Source: Octopus vulgaris (taxonomy: Eukaryota). Taken from it: DNA of 64,000 bases. The number at the start of each line of letters is the position of its first letter. Positions within the stretch are counted from its first letter, which is position 1. The stretch is from contig OX597827.1 in the NCBI GenBank assembly GCA_951406725.2, positions 38,316,001-38,380,000 on the forward strand, written 5' to 3'. Positions 36,889-51,194 of the stretch are shown piece by piece. The translations under genes and the position numbers were made by a program. The notes beneath the pieces are model-generated. The model was not told where the DNA came from, searched no databases, and worked only from the letters and a program-made list of their open reading frames with translations.

Positions 36889-37105
36889 CTAACCCATGAT
36901 ACCAAACTGCCTGAGACTACCTTTGGCTCTATAATAAAAACTATTTGTTTTTAAATGATTAGCATTAAACCTCACATCAACATTTCATTTTAATTTATAT
37001 TCCAATTTATATCCTACTACATTTTACTAAATTCTTCATTATTTTCAAAATCAATTGAAATAGAAGCAGAGTATTTTAAAGAAAGAATGGTAACCAAAGG
37101 GTTAA
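36889..37105 (+). mobile_element. piggyBac-like MITE family F
   Basis: Ends ...ggtaaccaaagggTTAA; body shared with copies at 39336, 40348 and 54738. Confidence 0.75.
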
Positions 37106-37934
37106 GGCTGGGTAACCTGGGAAAGCTTGCAAAACTCATGGGTGTTGTTGCTTCATGCTCTCAGGCCAAATTTATTTATAAAATAAAATGATAAAACAGT
37201 GTGTGTGTGTGTGTGTGTGGAGGGAGTGTATTTAGGTTTTAATATGTGTGTATTGGTTTGTTTATGTCCCTGTAACTTAGTACTTCAGCAGAAGAGACCA
37301 ATAGAATAAGTACCAGACTTCAAAGAAAGGAAAACATACTGGGGTTGTTTTGTTCATCTAAACTCTTAAAGATACCCCCAGCATGGCCACAGTCCAATGA
37401 CTGAAGCAAATGAAAGATAAAAGAGATCCTGTTATTTTATAGTGGTATGCATTGGATAAGGCTTCTTGAGATATTTATTCTACAGTTGAGGTCCTTTTTG
37501 GTGCCAAGCCCTACTTGTTTTTCAAGTGAAGTACTTTATTCTCCACCTTTGCACCCTGAACTGCTGAGCTGCCTGAACTTTTTACAGTTATGTGGAACAT
37601 AAACAGTATCACCAGCAAGATTTGAACTTAGAACATAAAGGACCGCATCTAAAAATGCTCGATGCTCTACTGATTCTTCTAATCTAAAGCCAACAATTTT
37701 GAGGGGAGGGTATTAGTTGATACCACCAGTACCCCCTATACTTGATTGGTGCTTTATTTTATTGATGCCCAAAAAAGATGACTGACAAAGTTGACCATGC
37801 TGAGATTTGATCTCTGAATGCAAAGAATTGCTTGATGCTCTGCTGATTCTACCACTTCACAACAACAGCTACAATAGTAATAACTCTTTCTACTATACTA
37901 TGGTTAAAGGCAAAAGTTATAATAATAATAATAA

Positions 37935-38150
37935 TCCTTACTACTATAAGCACAAGGCCTAAAATTTTGAGGGAATGGTCTAGTCAATTACATCGACCCC
38001 AGTTTTCAACTAGTACTTATTTTGTCTACCCTGGAAGGACGAAAGGCAAAGACAGCTGTGGCAGGATTCAAACTCAGAACATAGAGGCAGATGAAATGCT
38101 GCTAAGCATCTTGCCTGATGTGCTAACGATTCTGCCAGCTTGTTACCTTA
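37935..38150 (-). mobile_element. SINE family B (flanked by older B-like copies about 37690-38560)
   Basis: Family B motifs. Confidence 0.8.
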
Positions 38151-38919
38151 AAAAATAATAATAACAATAACAACAACAATTGTTTCTAATTTAGGCATGA
38201 GGCCAGCATTTATGAGAAGATGAGTAGTTGACACCATCGGCTGCACTATTAGAGTGGTACTTTATTTTATCAACCCCAAAAGGGTGAAAGACAAAGTTGA
38301 CCTCAGTGGAATTTGAACCCAAAACGGAAAGAGCCAGAGCATATACCACAAGGGATTTTGCCCAATGTTCTAATGATTCTGTCAGTCCTACTGCATTTAA
38401 TAATTGTTTCTGACATAGATGCAATGCCAGAAATTTAGAGAAGGCATTTAACCAATTATATTTACCCAGTATGTTACTGCTATTGTATCATACTCCCTGT
38501 CCCTCTAGGATAGATAAGAAAAGTTGACCTCAACAGGATTTGAACTTCGAGTGCAGATACTTTCTCTGATGCTGTAATGATTATAGCAAAGAAATTTTTT
38601 CAATCAGTTTTTCCCCTTTTGGTTACAGGAGACCTAAAAATGGGTGCACTTGTAAAAGACAAGTGCCCTTACCCTTACCCCTGTTTTCATCAGGTTACCC
38701 CCAATTATAAAGCAAATACTGGAGTATCACCACATGTTACTGTAATCTTTTGCAATATCATATTTCTGTGTTTATATATATATATATATATTTACACACA
38801 CATGCACACACATAGATATATGTACACGTACATACACACACACAGATATGCATACATATATGTACACACTTGCATATATATATTTACATATGTACATTAT
38901 GTACACATGTGTGCATGTG

Positions 38920-39003
<84 letters not shown>

Positions 39004-39335
39004 TATATACCTGTGTGTGTGTGTTGGAGTGTTTGTGTGTTTATTGTTTTGTTGGTTGACTACTTGAGCTAACTGGATCAACAGCTGGTGGATTGATGCA
39101 CAATGTAGGTCAGCTGTGAATGCTAAAACAAGCAGTCTCACACCACTGCAGCAACAGGCTGAGAAGAAAAAGTGGGTAAGAGCATGATTACAGAGCTTAG
39201 GGAATCGAAGAAACCATGAGTGCAGATATGATGCTCCTGTTCCCCCCACCTCTCCCTTAACATACCACTGAACCCTAATTGTAAACATTCGATCAGTGAG
39301 GGAGTCTTTTATGGAGTTTGCTCAACCCACATTTC

Positions 39336-39781
39336 TTAACCCTTTTGGTACTAACCTGCCCAAGATGCCTCTGGTTCTCTGGTACAAGCTTCCTGTTTTA
39401 AAGTCATCTAAATAATAATTTCCTATTAAAATTTCCTGTTAAATAATGTTCCAAACATCTGCTTAGTAATCTTTTCTACTATAGGCACAAGGCATGAAAT
39501 TTTGGCAATTACAGCGACCCCAGTATGCAACTAATAGTCATTTTATCGATCCCCAAAAGGATGAAAGGCAAAGTCAACCTCAACAGAGTTTGAACTCAGA
39601 ACGTAAAGACAGACAAGATATCGCTAAGCATTTTGCCTGGTGTGCTAACAATTCTGCCAGCTTATCGCCTTCAAACATCTGCTTTAATAATGACTGAGTT
39701 ATTATATTTTTTCATTATTTTTGAAATCAGGTGAAACAAAGAGGTGTATTTCAAAGAAAAATATTGTAACAAAAGTGTTAA
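39336..39781 (+). mobile_element. MITE family F containing a SINE B insertion (about 39470-39672, minus) with TSD
   Basis: TTAAcccttttggtac...aaaagtgTTAA ends; caaacatctgctt..taat is repeated on both sides of the SINE. Confidence 0.8.
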
Positions 39782-40347
39782 ATCACATCAACTTCAAATT
39801 ATCTTACAAATAATAAAGAAACTTTTGAAAACCTTTTGATTGATTATAGGCCTGCTTCATCTGGGCTGACCTAGAATTAAGCTATGATTTGTCAACATGA
39901 ACACCAACCATATTAACTCTGGTTAATATGGTTCCAGCTCCGAAACATATAACATCACCGGTGCACCATTGCAAAACTCAACTACTACAAATGGCTCCAA
40001 AGAGCCATTTGTAGTTGAGTTGTTGAATCCCATATCAGCACTGAACCAGTAGATCTATGATCAAAGGTACTCCTGTCATGCCTATTCCATTTTTCTTTAA
40101 TTCAAGCACAACACACATGCACATGAGAGTTGTACTGAAAGTAATGCAAAGGTGGGCATCACTTTTTTTATTAGCTGACAGTGGTTGTTCAAATGTCCTA
40201 TTAATTGTTATCTCTCTATTTTATCAATGCCAGAAGAATGAAAAGCAAAGCTGAACATGCAGAACCATGACTAACTACCACAATGCATTTTGTCCAACAC
40301 TGTAACTATTTTGCCAATCCGCTACTACCAAATTGCCAGGCGGTTCA

Positions 40348-40792
40348 TTAACTCTCTTCATACTAACTTACTCGAGGACACCTCTTGTTCTATGTACAAA
40401 ATCCCTGTTTTAACCCTTTGACATTCAGATTACTTTGTCAAATGTAATACTTATTCATTCACGTTGTTTCGAATTAATCTTTCATTACCTCATAGCTTCA
40501 AGATTTTGATAATGTGATTGTTTGTTTTTAGAATGATATTGTAGGATAGGTGTGAGGGGTGAAATCTGTCCAGTTTGAACATAAAACAGAACATTTTGGT
40601 TTGAATATGGCCAGTTTAAATGCTGAAGGGATAATGTGATCTAAATTTTAAAATTTCCATCAAAATTTTATGCTATATTTCAAACACCAGCTTAATAATG
40701 ACCAAGTAATTTTACTAAATTCTTCAATGTTTGAAAATTAATTGAAACAAAAGTAATGAATTTCAGCAGAAATAGGGTAACAGAAGGGTTAA
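40348..40792 (+). mobile_element. MITE family F containing MITE family E (40410-40634) at a TTAA
   Basis: Family E begins TTAAccctttgacatt inside the family F motif cctgttTTAA; family F ends cagaagggTTAA. Confidence 0.8.
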
Positions 40793-41066
40793 CTTGCAGT
40801 GTTTGAATCCAACACTTTCCTGTAACTTAGGAGAAACCATTCGAACATTCACTCTCAGACTAGAATTCCAAAAATGTCTCAACACATCCATGCCATTGCA
40901 TCTAGGAATATGGTTCTGATTAACGGACTTGCTTTTTATTGCTGGTGTGTGTGTGGTAGTCTGTTCCATGTTAGATTCCACATGTACATGGCATCCACTT
41001 CTTGATGGATACCTTCCTCAACCATCTTGGGAAGCCACAAGATGCACACATACACACACACATGTA

Positions 41067-41102
<36 letters not shown>

Positions 41103-41239
41103 GATGTTGGAATTCACGTGCATGAACATGTATTATGTGTATAGATACATGCGCAGGTGTGTGAATGTATGTATGTAATGTATTTATATATATATTTTTT
41201 TATTTACACGCAAACATGTTTATTCACACACTGACACAC

Positions 41240-41727
41240 ACACACACACACACACACAATCTCAGGTGGTTTTAACAAAAGATTCACTATATAGTACCAA
41301 ATTCAACACTAGTATCAAAACAGCATCCAAACAATTGTAGATGGGTTGCAGTTGCAGGCAGTCTCATGGTCCTCACATCATCAGAGAGAGAATCAGTGGG
41401 AGGGGGGCAGGGAGTGTTATTGTATGGTCTGATTACAGGAGAGAGAGAGAGAGAGCATGATAGAAGTTGTTGAAAGATACAGATTTGTGAAAGTAGCAGT
41501 TTATATGTTATAGCAAACTGGATATCTCCCACTCCACTCTGCTTCTATGCTCCACACCCCCCCATCCTTTCTATTGGTGATTGGTGATCACTTGGTATTG
41601 AAAACTTTTGGCAATCTCACTCATCTACAGAAATCAATATTCATCATTTTTCTAAGAGGCAATAGGCTTTTGACTATCCGTTTGGTAAACGAGGTGGCAG
41701 TGGTGGAAGTGGAGGGGAGGGGGTGGA
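41240..41727 (+). repeat. Longer (probable source) copy of the segment duplicated at 27953-28384
   Basis: Contains the extra 58 bp (41372-41429) missing from the other copy. Confidence 0.95.
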
Positions 41728-42716
41728 GAATTTAGGTCGTTACCATGTTTATGTGTCTATGTGTATGCCTGAAAGAGAGAGAGAGAGAGAAAGAAAGAGT
41801 GTGTTGTTGAAAAGATAGTGGAATACAGAATATACGTACACATAAACACAAACACGCATACACATGTGTGTACACATAGTCTTTTGGTTGAATGTTCTGT
41901 GTTCATAAGAATGGAAACACAGTTGTAGCTGAATTTAGCCAAATATGTCATGAGACATGAGAAGCATGATAATGTTCACGTGTATCTAAAAGCACTCCTC
42001 CTCCTCCTCTTCATATTATATAGTTCATATAATATCTAAGATAGTATATATTATATAATAATAATTTTTATATATGTGGGTGTATATGTATATATCTGTT
42101 TGTGAGGGTACGTATGTACATGCACACACGTATATACTTATATGTAGCTAGTTGGATTGGATTCAACAAGGTTCAAAGGAACCCTTCTGGGCCATGTATG
42201 TGTATATAGTATACATATACATGCACATACAAAATGAAAATTAGGTAGCAAATGACAGATCCATTTTAATAATCAAGAACCCCCTTCAGTCTAAACCTAG
42301 GCTACACCCATGTATGTATGCATGTGTATGTGCCTTTCTGTGTGTGTGTGTGTGTTTATATGTGTGCATTTGTACAAGCTTCAGTCAACTGGGCTACAAC
42401 CTTCCTGAGGCACCGTTTCAAAGGGTTTTAGTCAGTCATATCAACTCTGGTACTTATTTCAGTTTGGTAGTTTTTCTGTTGGTTTATATATTATTGATTA
42501 TATAACTTACCCCTTCATAGAACACCAGTTTTATAAGTGGCACATATATATGTATGTACACATGCACACACATGCTTGTAGTGTGTAAAAGAGCCCTCAC
42601 TTCTTAAGAGCTCATCTTTAATACTCCCACCATATAAATGTGATTGTACTAGTGAGAACACCAAACTATGGTTTCCTAATTCTATATCCTTACACCTAAT
42701 CAGGTGTATGATGTGC

Positions 42717-42943
42717 TTAACTCTTTAGCATTTAAGCTATCCATATCCAGTCCTGAATATTCTACCCGTTTTATGCTCAAACTGGCTTGATCTGGCCTCT
42801 CACATCTATCATAAAATGTCATTCTAAAAATTAGCAATCACATCATTGAAATCTCAAAGCTACAAGACAATGCATGATTAATTAAAAACAGCCTGAATAA
42901 ATAAATATTACATTTGACAGTGATCTGAATGCTAAAGGGTTAA
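42717..42943 (-). mobile_element. piggyBac-like MITE family E
   Basis: TTAActctttagcatt ... aatgctaaagggTTAA. Confidence 0.85.
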
Positions 42944-43294
42944 TTCCTATGAGACCCCTCTTTGCAGCATAATACAATCTGTACTGCAAAACTGGTGAGC
43001 TAGATCTGATTCAAATATTCCCATCATCCATTGTGTATGCAACCAAGAAATCAAACACAGCTCTAATATCTGGACATTCAAATCTGTGTTGGAGGACAAT
43101 TAAGGTACCATGTAGTTATGTGGATGTTACCACCTTGGCTATCCTGTATAAAGGAAGAGGCATCATTAGCATTAGAGAGCTTTGGTGCAATATTTTGGTG
43201 GTGTTTTATGCATTACATATGGTTGATGTGATGTGGTTTCTTTTTCATGCTTTACAAATTGGATATTATCATGAGGCATAATGTTAATATCCAA

Positions 43295-43490
43295 TAGAAT
43301 TGTTAGCATGCCAGGCAAAATGCTTAGCAGCATTTCATTCGTCCTTTACGTTTTGAGTTAAAATTCTGCCAAGGTCGACCTTGCTTTTTATCCTTTCAGA
43401 GTCAATAAAATAAATACCAGTTGAGCACTGGGGTTGATGTAATTGACTTACCTACTACCCCAAAATTGTTGGTATTGTGCCAAAATTCAA
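43295..43490 (+). mobile_element. SINE family B
   Basis: Family B motifs. Confidence 0.8.
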
Positions 43491-44380
43491 AAGCAATTTT
43501 GCATAATATCATAACCTCTGGTGTTCCTTCTTTTCTAACACCTTACTCCAAAATATCATCCACTGACATGTGTCTGATCCCACAGGCTACAAAAATAATT
43601 TATTCTTTTACCTCTTATCTTCCTTTTTAATTCTAATGCTCTGGGAATTATCTCCTCTTTCATAATCATCCCACCATTTCTTTTTATTATTAAAACTGAA
43701 TTTTTATCTTGTGACTCACATTTCACATGAAACTTTAGTCATAAGATAAAAATTCAGTGTCAATAAACTATATATTCTACAACATATATTGAGCCCTCTT
43801 CTCTCATTCATTTGACATAATTCAACACTTGTGTGTGTGTACACACACACATTGATTCATTAATTTTTGTGCTGAGGAAATTAGATTTGCAATCATGTGA
43901 TTCCAGCTTGATGATTCCTTTGCCTTGGGTAAGTATTTGATACCATTGTCTTTAGCTGACCCAAATCTCAAGTGAGAATAACAGAAAAAGCTCCTGTATG
44001 AAGGTGTGTGTGTGTGTTTATATTCACAAATCAGCACTGATCAGTCAGATCCACAATCAAAGGTATTCCAGCCATGCCCATCATACCATTATTATTGAAT
44101 AATGTGTCAATTTTTAGGACAGTGGGATGAGATGTTAAAAATATTTGAGCTGCTTTTTCTTGCAGTTCACGCAACAGTGTAGTGGCTGTTGGTTTTGACA
44201 ACTAAAGCTGAAATCTACTTGCAGCTGTTCAAAAGGTAAAAATATACTCACTGGTAGAACAGCTGCATTGTCATATGTGACCCAAGTGTCATCCTTTGTC
44301 AGTATATCATGTATATGCATGTGTAGTTTATATAGTTTCTGAATGACAATCTAGTGGTGTCACTGATCTTTCAATATTAC

Positions 44381-44878
44381 AAGGCGGCAAGCTGGCAGAA
44401 TTGTTGTCATGCTGGACAAAATGTTTAGCGGCATTTCATCCATTTTTACATTCTGAGTTCAAACTCTGTCAAAGTCAACTTTGCCTTTCATCTTTTTTTG
44501 GGTCTATGAAATAAGTATCAGTTGATCACTGGGGTTGGTGTAATTGACTTAGCCCCATAATACCCCACCCCTCCCCTCCAAAATTGTTGGCCTTGTGCCA
44601 AAATATGAAACCATTATATTTTTTCTATTATAAGCACAAGGCTTGATATGTGATGGTGGCAGTGGCAGCGGGGTGGGGTGGGAAGTTGATTATATCAATC
44701 CCAGTGCTTAACTGGTACTTATTTTATCAACCCTCGAAGCGATGAAAAGCTAAGTCAAACCACGATGAAAAGCTAAGTCAAACCACGGTGAAATTTGAAC
44801 TCAGAATGTAAAGACAGAATGAAATGCCACTGAGCACTTTGCCCAGCACAGTAACAATTCTGCCAGTTCATCGCCTTA
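44381..44878. mobile_element. Tail-to-tail pair of SINE family B copies (+44381-44610, -44615-44878)
   Basis: Family B motifs; the second copy has a 23-bp tandem duplication at 44741-44786. Confidence 0.85.
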
Positions 44879-45949
44879 TTTGAAACCAATATTACAATTA
44901 TTATGAGGTGAGGATTGTTGCTGGTGTTATTTACCCTGATGGCTTGTCCTGATCAGGCTGACCTATGCTCATATGTATTGCAACCACAACCATCCTACTT
45001 ATTTTTGAGGTATTGCATACTTCAGAGTATATTGTCCTTCTCTTTAAGATCACAAGGGCATGGTTTGTGGTAGATTTGACTGCCATTTGTATCAGATCAA
45101 GTGATAATGTTAAGGCTCTGTCATTGGTTTGGTGGATATTAGATTCAAGTACTCAGCAGCTGATCCACAATATTGCATTGAACTGCCACAGAGTACAAGA
45201 GACAAAAATCATTTTTGCTTACAGGATGGGGTTGAGAAGTCAATAATAGATGTAATATCAGTCAGAAACCAGTTGGTAGATTGATAGTGGTGCATGGGAC
45301 AAAACACTATGTGATTACATAGTAATGTAATTTTACATTCTGAGTTCAAATCCTGCCTAAGTTTCCTTTAACTGCCATTATTTCTGAAATCAGTAGAATA
45401 AGTACTAGGGTCAATATAATTGATGGTCAACGGAATTGACAATATTGTCATTGTCCAATGACTGAAATAAGTGTGAGAGAGAAAAAATTTAGTTCTGATC
45501 AGATCAGTTATACCCACCATCTTGTACCTAGGTTTCTCAGAGAATTGAAATTGGGTCAAGAGAAACTGCAGGGAAGCCTGTAAGATAAATTGTACCTATA
45601 ATTCAAAGATCTGGTTTTGTTACATATTGTGTTATGTTGATTTGGCCTGAGAATTATGTTAATTATGTCAGACACACATATGTCTGGAATACTCAGCAAT
45701 TTATTTAATAATCTAATAACTTGATAGTTTAGTTGATTGAACAACTGAATGCTAATTGCTGAAACAGACAAGAGATTCTTTATTAACATTGTCTTTATGT
45801 TCAGATGCTGCATGGATCGGTTTTTGCCTTCCAATCTTAAGCAAATTAAGGATCAGTAATATGTTTCAGTTACACCAAATGACTCTGTGTTGTCTTTGCA
45901 AATTTTGGCTTTTTGTTTGCTGTCTAAATATAGTCTTTTATTTTTTTTT

Positions 45950-46570
45950 TTATTTGTTTCAGTCATCAGACTGTGACCATGCTGGGGCACCACCTTGAAT
46001 GGTTCAGCTCATCAAATCAACCCTATTGCTTTGTTTTTTTTTTTTTTCAAGTTTGGTATTTATTCTGTCAGTCTCTTTTTGTCAAACCACCAAGTTGCAG
46101 GGATGTAAACAAACCAGTAATAATTGTCAAGCAGTGGGGAGGGACAAAAACAAAACACACACACACATGACAAGTTTCTTTCTGTTTCTTATTTCTTTAT
46201 TGCCCACAAGGGGCTAAACATAGAAGGGACAAAGACAGACAAAAAGATTAAATCGATTACATCAACCCCAGTGCATAACTGGTACTTAATTTATCGATCC
46301 CAAAAGGATGAAAGGCAAAGTTGACATCAGCAGAATTTGAACTCAGAATGTAATGGTAGATGAAATACCACTAAGCATTTTGCCCGGCATGCTAATGTTT
46401 CTGCCAGCTCGCTGCCTTTCTTTCAGTTTCTGCCGAACAAATCCACTTACAAGGCTTTACAGGTTGGTCCCAGGCTATAGTAGAAGACACTTGCCAAAGG
46501 TGCCACGTAGTGGGACTGAACCTGGAACAATGTGGTTGGGAAGCAAACTTCTTACCACACAGCCATGCCT
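45950..46570 (-). mobile_element. SINE family A containing a variant-tail SINE B (about 46185-46418)
   Basis: Family A halves flank the B copy; tttctttc(t/a)gtttct is repeated around the insert. Confidence 0.8.
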
Positions 46571-47850
46571 ACAAATAAATAAAGGTGTTATCACTTCTTA
46601 CACCTGCAAGATGTTTCTACTTTAGTATGCTTATTTATCACTTGGTAGATTGAATCAGCAGCACCTGAGTCCTTGCCACAGATATAATTTAGCAACAGTA
46701 GAGTAATGGGTAGTACAATTATCAATAACTACCCAGAAACTCTGGTTTTAGTAAATGAGAAAGAAAGGAAAAAAAATCTTCCCCCAGCTGCTAACTTATC
46801 ACAAATAATTTTCCCATCAGATAGAACATTAAGTGCAAATAGCACTGCAAGCCAACGAACTATTGTGTTATTACTGTCCAGTGGTGATTGCCTGGATGTC
46901 CTTTGCGGGTTAACTGCCCTCTATTGTATATTACTGTATGCACATGTACACATACACATGCCATGCCACATGTACACACTGCTTGATACTTATGGTTGTC
47001 TATCAGATCCAATGAGGACGACCATCAACTTTGTTTGTGGATCCTTTGGTAACTGTACATCCCAGTCCTTGATGTGCAACATTGGTTTGCAGATGGGATA
47101 GGTTAATGTTTGGTTGGAGTGACCAGGTATGCATTTGGACATGTCAAAGTTGTTCTTTCCTTTCCCTGTCTCCCCAGTCACTCTCTGTCTCTCTGCTCGT
47201 CTCTCTCTCTCACACACACCTACACGCCTCTCACTCTGACACACACTTTTTCATATTCCTCTCACTCTGTCTTTCTCACATACACTCTCTTTTATTTGCT
47301 CCCCCACTCTCTCTTTCTCTCTCATTGTCACATACAGCTGCTGTGTTCATAAAACACATTGCAAAACAACATAACCAGATGCGCAGATGCAGCTCCCCTT
47401 CCTTTTCTATTCTAGGTTCAAATATAAATACTTTCTCTTGTTCTCACTTTCTCTCTCTCCTTTTTTCCCTTTCTTGTTAACTGAGGGTCAATATTTTAGT
47501 GACCCTTTACTCCCCTTTTAACCAGTTAAAAAATCAATTGTTAATAATTGAGGCTCACCAGAAAATAAAATGTATTTCAACAATGATACACTAAGAAATT
47601 AATTCCAAGTTTTTCCTGGTTTCTTCTTATTATTATTAGGGTGAGGAATTAACAGAAATTTTAGAGCAACAGACAAAATGCCCTGTGGTATTTGTTCCAG
47701 CTGTCTACATTCTCAGTTCTAATTTTGCTAAAGGAATCATACCATCCTTTCAAAACCAATCCAATAAAGTACCAGTTATGCACTGGGATCAATTTAATAA
47801 ATTACTCCTCCACCAAATTTTTAGCCTTGTGTCATTGTTAGAAGTTATCA

Positions 47851-48142
47851 AAGGCAGTGTAAAGTCGTGGCATAGGGTATGCGGCTTGCGGTCATAAGGT
47901 TGTGAGTTCAGTTCTTAGTGACACGTTCCATCCTTGAGCAAGCCACTTTATCTCATGTTGTTCCAGTCCTCCCAGCTGGTAAAAACGAGTTGTACCTGTA
48001 ATTCAAGAAGGGCCAGCCTTGTCACATTCTGTGTCGTACTGAGTCTCCCTGAGAATTCCATGAAGGGTATCTGTGTCACGAGCAAGCTGTTTCCATTGAT
48101 TAAATCAACTGGAACCTTTGTTGTCATAACTGACCGGGTGCC
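47851..48142 (+). mobile_element. SINE family C
   Basis: Head, ccttgagcaagccacttt...ccagtcctcccagctgg, and 3' part matching 1895-2040. Confidence 0.7.
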
Positions 48143-48310
48143 AAGTATCAAGGGTGGTGGATTGGCAAACTTATCAGTGTTGTGACACACATCGAACTAA
48201 ATTCTAGCTCCTTACATTCTGAGTTCAAATTCTAAAATACCAGTCTACTATCAGGTTCAATGTAATCAGCTAAAGCCATCCTCTCAAAATTTGCATCATC
48301 TTGTTTACTT

Positions 48311-48711
48311 TTTTACTTGTTTCAGTCATTTGACTGTGGCCATGCTGGAGCACCGCCTTTAGTCGAGCAAATTGACCCCAGGACTTACTGTTGGTGGGGG
48401 GGGGGGGGGAAACACAGACACACAAACATACACACTCACACACACACACGTACATATATACAACGGGCTTCTTTCAGTTTCTGTCTATCAAATCCACTCA
48501 CAAGGCTTTGGTCAGCATGAGGCTGTAGTAGAAGACACTTGCCCAAGGTGCCATGCAGTGGGACTGAACCCGGAACCATGTGGCTGGTAAGCAAGCTACT
48601 TACCCCACAGCCACTCCTGCACCTGTTTGTGCATTAATTAGAAACACCTGTGAAAAATATCTGCTAAAAATTACAGGACTTGTAGACAGAAACTGAAAGA
48701 AGCCTGTTGTG

Positions 48712-48744
<33 letters not shown>

Positions 48745-48947
48745 CTGTGTCCCTCCATCATCACTTGACAACCGATGGTGGTGTGTTTATGTCCCCAAAA
48801 CCTAGAAGTTTGGTAAAAGAGACCAATAGAATAAGTTCTAGGCTTACAAAGAATAGGCCCTGGGTGCGATTTGTTCGACTAAAGGTGATGCTCCAGCATG
48901 GCCGCAGTCAAAATGACTGAAACAAGTAAAAGTGTAAAAGAGTAAAG
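48311..48947. mobile_element. Divergent pair of SINE family A copies (-48311-48623; +48682-48947)
   Basis: Family A motifs in opposite orientation about 60 bp apart. Confidence 0.88.
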
Positions 48948-48984
48948 ATTTATACTTAAATCATCATCATCATCATCATCTTTA

Positions 48985-49402
48985 AGGTGGTGAGATAGCA
49001 GAATTGTTAGCATGCCAAATAATATGCTTAGCGGCAGTTCATCCATCTTTACATTCTGCCTTCAGATTCCACCGAGGTCAGTTTTGCCTTTCATCCTTTC
49101 AGGGTTGATAAAATAAGTAACAGTTAAGCACCGGAGCCAATGTAATTGAAATTACTGGTCTTGTGCCAAAATAAGAAATGGTTACTATTATTATTAAGGT
49201 GGCAAGCTGACAAAATTGTTAGAATGTCAGGCAAAATGCTTAACGGTATTTCTTCTGTCTCTACAAATTCCACTGGGGTCAACTTTGCATTTCATTCTTT
49301 CGAGGTCAGTAAATTTAAGTACCAGTGAGACCCCGGGGCTGGTGTAATCAACTAGTCCTCTCAACCCAAAATTTTAGGCCTTGTGATTATAGTAGAAAGG
49401 AT
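48985..49402 (+). mobile_element. Two tandem SINE family B copies
   Basis: Family B motifs. Confidence 0.8.
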
Positions 49403-50449
49403 TATCATCATCATCGTCGTCATCAATTATTCTTTCAACGTTTTCATGCAAGTTTCTACTACTCCACCAGGTGTCCTGCATGAGGTGTGTGCAGCATTGT
49501 TTTTTTCCTTTCTTCTTCTTTTAGAAGTGTCAAATTATAATTGTATTCTATGCTTTGTTGTGAGGTTTGTTTTTTTGTTTCTGGTGTTATTTTAGTATTT
49601 CTTTTGTTATGCATAGTATGAGAGTATGTACAATGTGAGTTGTGCTATTGTGTTTGGCTGGTGTTTGTGTTTCATACGTGCTGTGCGATTTGTTGATATT
49701 ATGGTGTTGGATGTCAATTATGTAAGAGCATGGTATTGTTAGAAATATTGCCAGTCATGGTATTTAGCAAGGGGCTTGTTACTATTTAAAATAATAGAAA
49801 ATTTAGAGGTGTGTGTGCATGTATGTGTGTGTGTAATAGTCAGTTGTCTAATGCACTTGTCAATGAAAATTGCTCTCTTGATTCAGTGAATTTTGCGACA
49901 CTTGATGATACTGTAATATTACCAACATGGCTATCTGCACCAGTGCGACAAACAGACACAAATGCATTTGTGTTATATTGTTTCTATTATAGGCACAAGG
50001 TCTCTAAATTGTGGGAAGAGTTAGGCAAGGAAATCAGTTGTGTAGAGTATGTGTTGTGTTATGTTGTTGGTTGTGATTTGTTTGGTGTATGAAGTATGTT
50101 ATTTTGTGAAGTGGTAATTGTATAGGGCATGTGTTGCAAGCAAAATACCAGTTGAGATGTGCTTTTCAATCAGAAGTTTTTTTGTACAAAATCTGGGTTG
50201 GGCCTAGCAGAGATGCTTCTTTATATAATATATGTGGAGGTGTGAGCACCTATATACTTCTTGTTTGTGAGCCTTCTATATCATATTTAGTGATTCAAAT
50301 ATTCTTTTGTATTGTTTTTCACTTTCATACCCACCGAAACCTGTTTAGTTCAATTTTGTGATCTTTGTACTTGGACAGCTTCTCCACCTCATTCCAGGTG
50401 ATGTTTTAATTAGATTAACCTTACCCCAGGCAAGTCCTAAAAATTGATT

Positions 50450-51136
50450 GAATCCTTTAGTATTTGAACCAGCCATATCCTGCCAAAATATATTCTACCT
50501 GTTTTATGCTCAATGTGGCCAGATCCAGCTTCTCACACCCACCCTACAATGTTGCCTCATCAAAAACCTCAAAGCTACAAGATACTCTTTTACTTATTTC
50601 AGTCATTTGACTGTGGCCATGCTGGAGCACCACCTTTAGTCGAGCAAATCGACCCCAGGACTTATTCTTTGTAAGCCTAGTACTTATTCTATCGGTCTCT
50701 TTTGCCGAACTGCCAAGTTACGGGGACGGAAACACACCAGTTGTCAAGTGATGTTGGGGGACAAACATAGACACACAAACATATGTGTGCACATACACAC
50801 ACACACACACATATACGACGGGCTTCTTTCAGTTTCTGTCTACCACATCCACTCACAAGGCTTTGGTCGGCCCGAGGTTATAGTAGAAAACACTTGCCCA
50901 AGGTGCCACGCAGTGGAACTGAACCCAGAACCATGTGGTTGGTAAGTAAGCTACTTACCACACAGCCACTCCTATGGCTAGGAGGCAACTGTTAGAATGG
51001 CATTGTAGGGTGGGTGTGAGAAGCCAGATCTGGCCACTTTGAGCATAAAACAGGTAGATAATGTATGATTAATTCAAAACAATGTGAATAAATAAGCATT
51101 ACATTTGACAGAATAACCTGAATGCTAAAGGGTTAA
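50450..51136 (-). mobile_element. MITE family E interrupted by a young SINE A (50585-50978, minus) and an inverted copy of its own sequence
   Basis: Family E halves rejoin at agata|atg; 50496-50552 is reverse-complemented at 51001-51056. Confidence 0.85.
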
Positions 51137-51194
51137 TCACCCAACACACCCACCCACTCCAAAACCTTTCTTGTCTTGTGTCTGTTTTAGACAG

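Noticed and set aside
39060-39182. Candidate exon with GG|GTAAGA donor
   Set aside because: Weak acceptor; the translation (SWWIDAQCRSAVNAK) looks more like a LINE ORF2 remnant.
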